A DNA stretch of 40,824 nucleotides, from NCBI GenBank assembly GCA_002633005.1, contig NMRA01000477.1, positions 292,397 to 333,220 of the forward strand. The letters are read 5' to 3'. Below the pieces are notes generated by a model, which was given only the letters and a program-made list of their open reading frames with translations, had not been told where the DNA came from and did not search any database. The translations under genes and the position numbers were made by a program. This document shows, in pieces, positions 36,770 to 40,824 of this stretch; within the stretch, counting starts at the first letter, position 1, and the number at the start of each line of letters is the position of its first letter. Source of the stretch: Phoronis australis. Its lineage: Eukaryota; Animalia; Phoronida.

Positions 36770-36806
36770 TCTTCTAGGGGAAACTACCCTCGCCACCAGC
36801 TTTATA
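36770..36806 (-). promoter_or_regulatory. Core promoter: TATAAA box (36806-36801) with predicted TSS near 36775
   Basis: Minus strand reads GGGTATAAAGCT; a pyrimidine-purine step (CCT-A-GAAG) lies 31 nt downstream of the first T, about 18 nt before the ATG. A second TATATAAAA lies near 36878-36886. Confidence 0.65.
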
Positions 36807-37349
36807 CCCGCTACGTCTAAAGGTTATTGTAACTTGTGTCGCATTGAACCGTCACACAAAGACTACAATAATACTTATTTTATATAAGCTCAATTATCGA
36901 GCCGTCGATTATGTTCAGTGCAACCCAATTGATGAGCTGGGACTAAACCTCTTTCAATCCTCTTTACACGGCTGATTAACGACACTGTTGTTCGTTTGGC
37001 AGTTCTCATTGTTTTCTTGAACCACGGCTCAATAGAGCAAAAAATGATTTTAAGGGTAATGGCCCTTGCCCGAAGCAAGTCTAGGTTTGCGTGCACCCGC
37101 CTGAAAACCTGAGTTGTGCAGTCGTTGAAGTCGTGCGCGCGTGAGAGAATGAAAAATAAGTATGTAGAAGATAGCATTTGCTAGGGCATTTATTCTTTAC
37201 GATTTAGCTCAGGGGCCTTTTTTGTCTAAAAGCATACAGGGTGGTTTAGGAGAAAAAATAGATACAATTCTTATAAGGCCTTGACCCTCTCTCTAATGTT
37301 AATTTTTACGATCCAAGGGAAACACTTACAAAATCAAAAATTAACATTT

Positions 37350-37392
37350 TGTGTGCGCGCGCGTGTGTGTGCGTGTGTGCGTGTGTGTGTGC
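37350..37392. repeat. (TG/CG)n microsatellite upstream of the promoter
   Basis: 43 nt of uninterrupted purine-pyrimidine alternation including a (GC)4 run. Confidence 0.92.
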
Positions 37393-37673
37393 CTGTATGT
37401 GTATTCAAGCCTAACCATGTGTGAGTATTGTAAGTGCTCTCTACCCAACGAGTTATTCCAGAACATTCCACTCCCAAAACGATTTGTCACTAAGTTTAAA
37501 AGTAGGGCCATGGACGACGGGGGAAGTTGCCGTAGGATACTTCTCGATATATTGGTAATTTGTTGTGTGGACACGTCGAAGAATAAAAAAGCTTCCCTTA
37601 CATAATTCATAACTCCGAATATACCTACAACAGGCTCATGCGCTTGCGTTTGAAGTTTAGACACGTACCTTAA

Positions 37674-38491
37674 AGTGAAAGTGGCAAAACAGTAAAATCA
37701 AGAAGCAAGTTCGAAAGCACTAGCTGAGATATGTTCAAATATGAATTACGTAACTATAAACCCACGTTTCGTCCCAGAAACGAATTTTCGATTCAGACTC
37801 TTTGTCGCAATAATAATGGTCCCACATTGGCAAATCTTATGCTAACAGGCTTTGCACGTTGCTGGACGAGAAAGCGTACACGGTTTACCCCCAGAGTATG
37901 CACCACAGTCGTAATTGGCACATCAAAGTCTTGATGGCGCCGTCACGGATTGAAGAGAGCTAGTTGCTTGGCCAAACCTGTATTGGATGCGGTTGCAAAC
38001 CAACGCGTCTGCTTAGCGTACGAATTTCAAAGTCAAAAAACGAACAATAAGTAAGGCAAACGACCAACGTCACTATTTTTAAAAATGAAAAGTGAATAAT
38101 AGCCGCCTTTGGATTTTTAAAATGAAAGCAGTAGACGAGAAAATATCAAATAGGTTTTCTTTAGCTTCGCGGCTAAGCCACGAGCATTAATTCGCGAATC
38201 GATTAGGACGGCTTAGTCACAATCTGGTTTAGGCTCACTTAGGCGTTGGGTAACAAAATCCCAAATGTTAGCGCAGGAGACAGTTGTCTCATGCAACTTG
38301 TTCGTAGTACTCATGTGTAAAAATAGTTTCTCAGTTTCAAAGGAACGTTATTCCTGGAGCTCACAAACGCACACCGTGACAAACCAACTTGTAGAGCCTG
38401 GTCTCAACCAAAAACGAAGTGTCCTCAGTTTTCTTGACACCCTGAAATCAGTACCAGTTTGACTGTTTGATAAATTGAGGCCACTTTCATC
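37674..38491. mobile_element. Degenerate Kolobok-like non-autonomous element, about 818 bp
   Basis: Left end TTAA|AGTGAAAGTGGC, right end GCCACTTTCA-tc|ATAA; 10-bp perfect inverted match with a decayed terminus and TSD. Confidence 0.45.
38340..38400 (-). repeat. Dispersed repeat terminus CAGGCTCTACAAGTTGG, with further copies at 28684-28700 and, inverted, at 813-826
   Basis: CCAACTTGTAGAGCCTG is identical at 38384-38400 and 28684-28700 with similar inner flanks (CACACCG.GACA); AGGCTCTACAAGTT at 813-826. Confidence 0.6.
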
Positions 38492-38752
38492 ATAACCGTA
38501 AGTAGTGGTCTGAAACAAAAGTTGTTTTTTATCACAGATGGGCTTTTAGCCGCTTTAACCATATTTTCCGTGTTAAAAACGTCAGTCTTTTTTCAGACGC
38601 ATCCGTAGTTGTTATTTTTAAGCAAAGCGATTGCCTTCTTTAACTCTATTTCAATTGAAATTGGTTATAAACAAACGTTTGAATTAATTTCTTGGCGGTC
38701 ATACTGCATTGGCGATAGTAACTAACCTGCCATGACAAGCAACTTGGTAGGT

Positions 38753-38891
38753 CTGGGTAGAGTTCAGTAACTCTAGGACCTCGCTAAAAAGCAAGATTTC
38801 GCGAGATTACGTGAGATATTTTCGTGTATTTTAAAAGAGAACAAGTGACTGGCTCGATTCTTCTAGTTGCGAGCTACTGAAATCTACCCTG
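38753..38891. mobile_element. hAT-like MITE remnant, 139 bp
   Basis: TIRs CTGGGTAGAGTTCAGTAACTC and GAGCTACTGAAATCTACCCTG match 18/21; CAGGG-type end; no TSD visible. Confidence 0.6.
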
Positions 38892-40205
38892 CCAGTTCTA
38901 TTCAAGTCTAGAAATCTGGCTAACAGATAACTTTTACGATGCCTATTCAGCACGCCCTTCGTATTGATGTAGATCTGATCTAATGAAGTGAAAACGTAAT
39001 TGCTAGCATTACTGTCTCAACAATGGTTGTTAGTACCCCCAATTTGGTTTTCTCTGACATCTGTAGAGTTACAGCTTGCAGCTCTGGAGAGTAGTTTTAA
39101 CTTGGTACATTATAAATATTACGAAATGACTAAAAAGGTTAACAAAGGGCCACTTCCCAAAAAGAACGATAAGTTTCATATTGGTTTTCTTTATTTAAAT
39201 TTTAATGCTTCTGCCCACTTGTTTTTTTTTAACGGGTTGATAACTTTTTATATAAGTTTTAAACTTGAAGTACCAAAACAGTGGTAGATTTTGATCGCCA
39301 GCTAAACTTAATTAGTTAAGTTCATTGTGAGCCCATCCCTAAACTTACCACATTACAGGTACTCTAAACACTTCACGTGTCATTGAAGTTTAATCTTTAT
39401 TAGAACTCAAATCATAAAATATATACAAAAGTGCAAATATGGTGATAACCAAACTGAAGATTTGGAATCTCTGGACAATTTCGGTGGCACTGACTAGGCT
39501 CTTTGTCAGTAATAAAAAATGAAAAGTGGGCACAACAACTCTTTCCTGGTTAAAAATCTGGTTAAACGAGATTGAAAGAACATTAAAAATGAATCTATGT
39601 GATATTGTTAACTCTAATCAGCGTTTGTATATCTACCGAGTATATCAATACACGAGGTAGTTTATCTTCAATCGTACTCAATGGTTGTAGCTTTTAGATT
39701 ATTAGTTCATCGATTTTTAAAAATCGAAAACCGCACTTGGTTGTTTTTTTTTCAGCTGAATACCGACGTGGTGCTCGTTTATAACGAAAATTAGTGGTTA
39801 ATGCATTTTGAAAATTCGTCATTATGCACAGTCAGAGATGTTTAATACAGTTTATGGTTGGATAATTACATTTAATTGGGTCTTGCTCGCATCAGGCAAT
39901 GCGGTCATCACAATTGTACCTGATTCCGGAGCCGCGCTTTTTTGATCCTGGTACAAGCCGCTCAGAAGGACGAGAGGTGAAAATTCTCGCATATCTTTAG
40001 AAATGCACGACTTCCTTGTAAGTGTATTATTCACGGTATGGAATCAAAATAATCATTTTTGCAATAATTTAGACCTAAATTGCTGTAATATACTGTTAGT
40101 TTTCATCTTTATGTTATACTGCAGAAAATTGGTATACCTTTATGTTACTCGTAATATTCCGGCGATTTCCGTAAAAATCTGTCAGAATTCTTACACGTTT
40201 CATTT

Positions 40206-40249
40206 CCCATAGACCCCACAGGCGCTTGGGTTTATCGCAAATGACGTCA
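40206..40249. promoter_or_regulatory. Full CRE palindrome TGACGTCA (40242-40249) and CCCATAGAC motif upstream of the THAP relic
   Basis: Motifs seen directly about 270 bp upstream of the THAP relic; function inferred only. Confidence 0.3.
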
Positions 40250-40515
40250 CTTAATAATATATATAAGAAAACATAAAGGTTGGACACTTAAAGTGTACAC
40301 AACATGACTCTAGTACCTCAAAATAAATTTTATTATTATATCTTACTTGATTTCAGTGCCTTTAGTGCACAGCTCATAAAGAAACACGCAAAAATTGAAA
40401 AAAATAATAATTATGTACAACGTCATGGGTTGAACCCAGGTCGTTCGGATCAGAGACAAAGTGTATTGAGTGAAAAGAATGCAAAGTACATTTAGCGTCG
40501 AGAAGGCGTAGAGGG

Positions 40516-40761
40516 ATCAAAAGATGTGTTTCAGGAGGCTGCAGCAACAGCAGCCAGGCGGAAAACGTATCGGAGTTCCGAAGGACACCAAAGTTGCGCA
40601 GAAGTGGCATGACTTCGTGCGCCGAACGAGAGTGTGGGACGTCATCGTGGACCAAGCGATTCGGTCCGGGGCCACTCTGTGTTCTGCCCACTTTGAGGAC
40701 TCGTGTTTCGACTCCAGTCACAGGAGACGATGAAGGCCTGGTTCAATAAAGGACAATATTT
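40516..40761 (+). pseudogene. Frameshifted THAP-domain relic, probably transposon-derived
   Basis: IKRCVSGGCSNSSQAENVSE / frameshift / PKDTKVAQKWHDFVRRTRVW...LCSAHFEDSCF...RRR*RPGSI / frameshift / TIF: full C2CH signature, P/W/F residues and a broken AVPTIF-type box. Confidence 0.85.
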
Positions 40762-40824
40762 ATCATTCAGAAACATCAGCTCTTAATTCAGGATCGTCTG
40801 TTGGATGACTGGGTTGACTCGCCG

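Noticed and set aside
37780-37940. CANYDC on the minus strand as a third THAP relic
   Set aside because: Downstream P, W and CxxHF residues are not recoverable in any nearby frame.

Overview
AT-rich animal genomic DNA, probably from an invertebrate; the species cannot be fixed from the sequence. The window is dominated by the 5' part of one minus-strand multi-exon gene encoding a fibrocystin-L (PKHD1L1-like) protein. I reconstructed 25 GT-AG exons by hand, from a TATA-preceded signal-peptide exon (ATG at 36757) across an 11.75-kb first intron down to an IPT/TIG exon at 102-380. Every junction is phase-compatible and the joined frame has no stops (3436 nt, about 1145 aa: signal peptide, IPT/TIG repeats, PA14 domain, linker, further IPT). 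The gene continues past the left edge. Most entries in the supplied ORF track are intronic noise or exon read-through. Introns and the upstream region carry many small DNA-transposon relics: a 1021-bp Kolobok-type element with perfect 15-bp TIRs holding convergent THAP and 'YQFEPE' (KolX-like) gene stumps, a Harbinger-like MITE with a CTT TSD, two short MITEs with 5-bp TSDs, and a second frameshifted THAP relic at the right edge. There are also tandem duplications and alternating purine-pyrimidine tracts. I found no convincing wholly new biological system. The best leads are the two-gene Kolobok mini-element, an exon-intron hairpin over a weak donor just upstream of a skippable 30-nt microexon, and the 5-bp-TSD MITEs.
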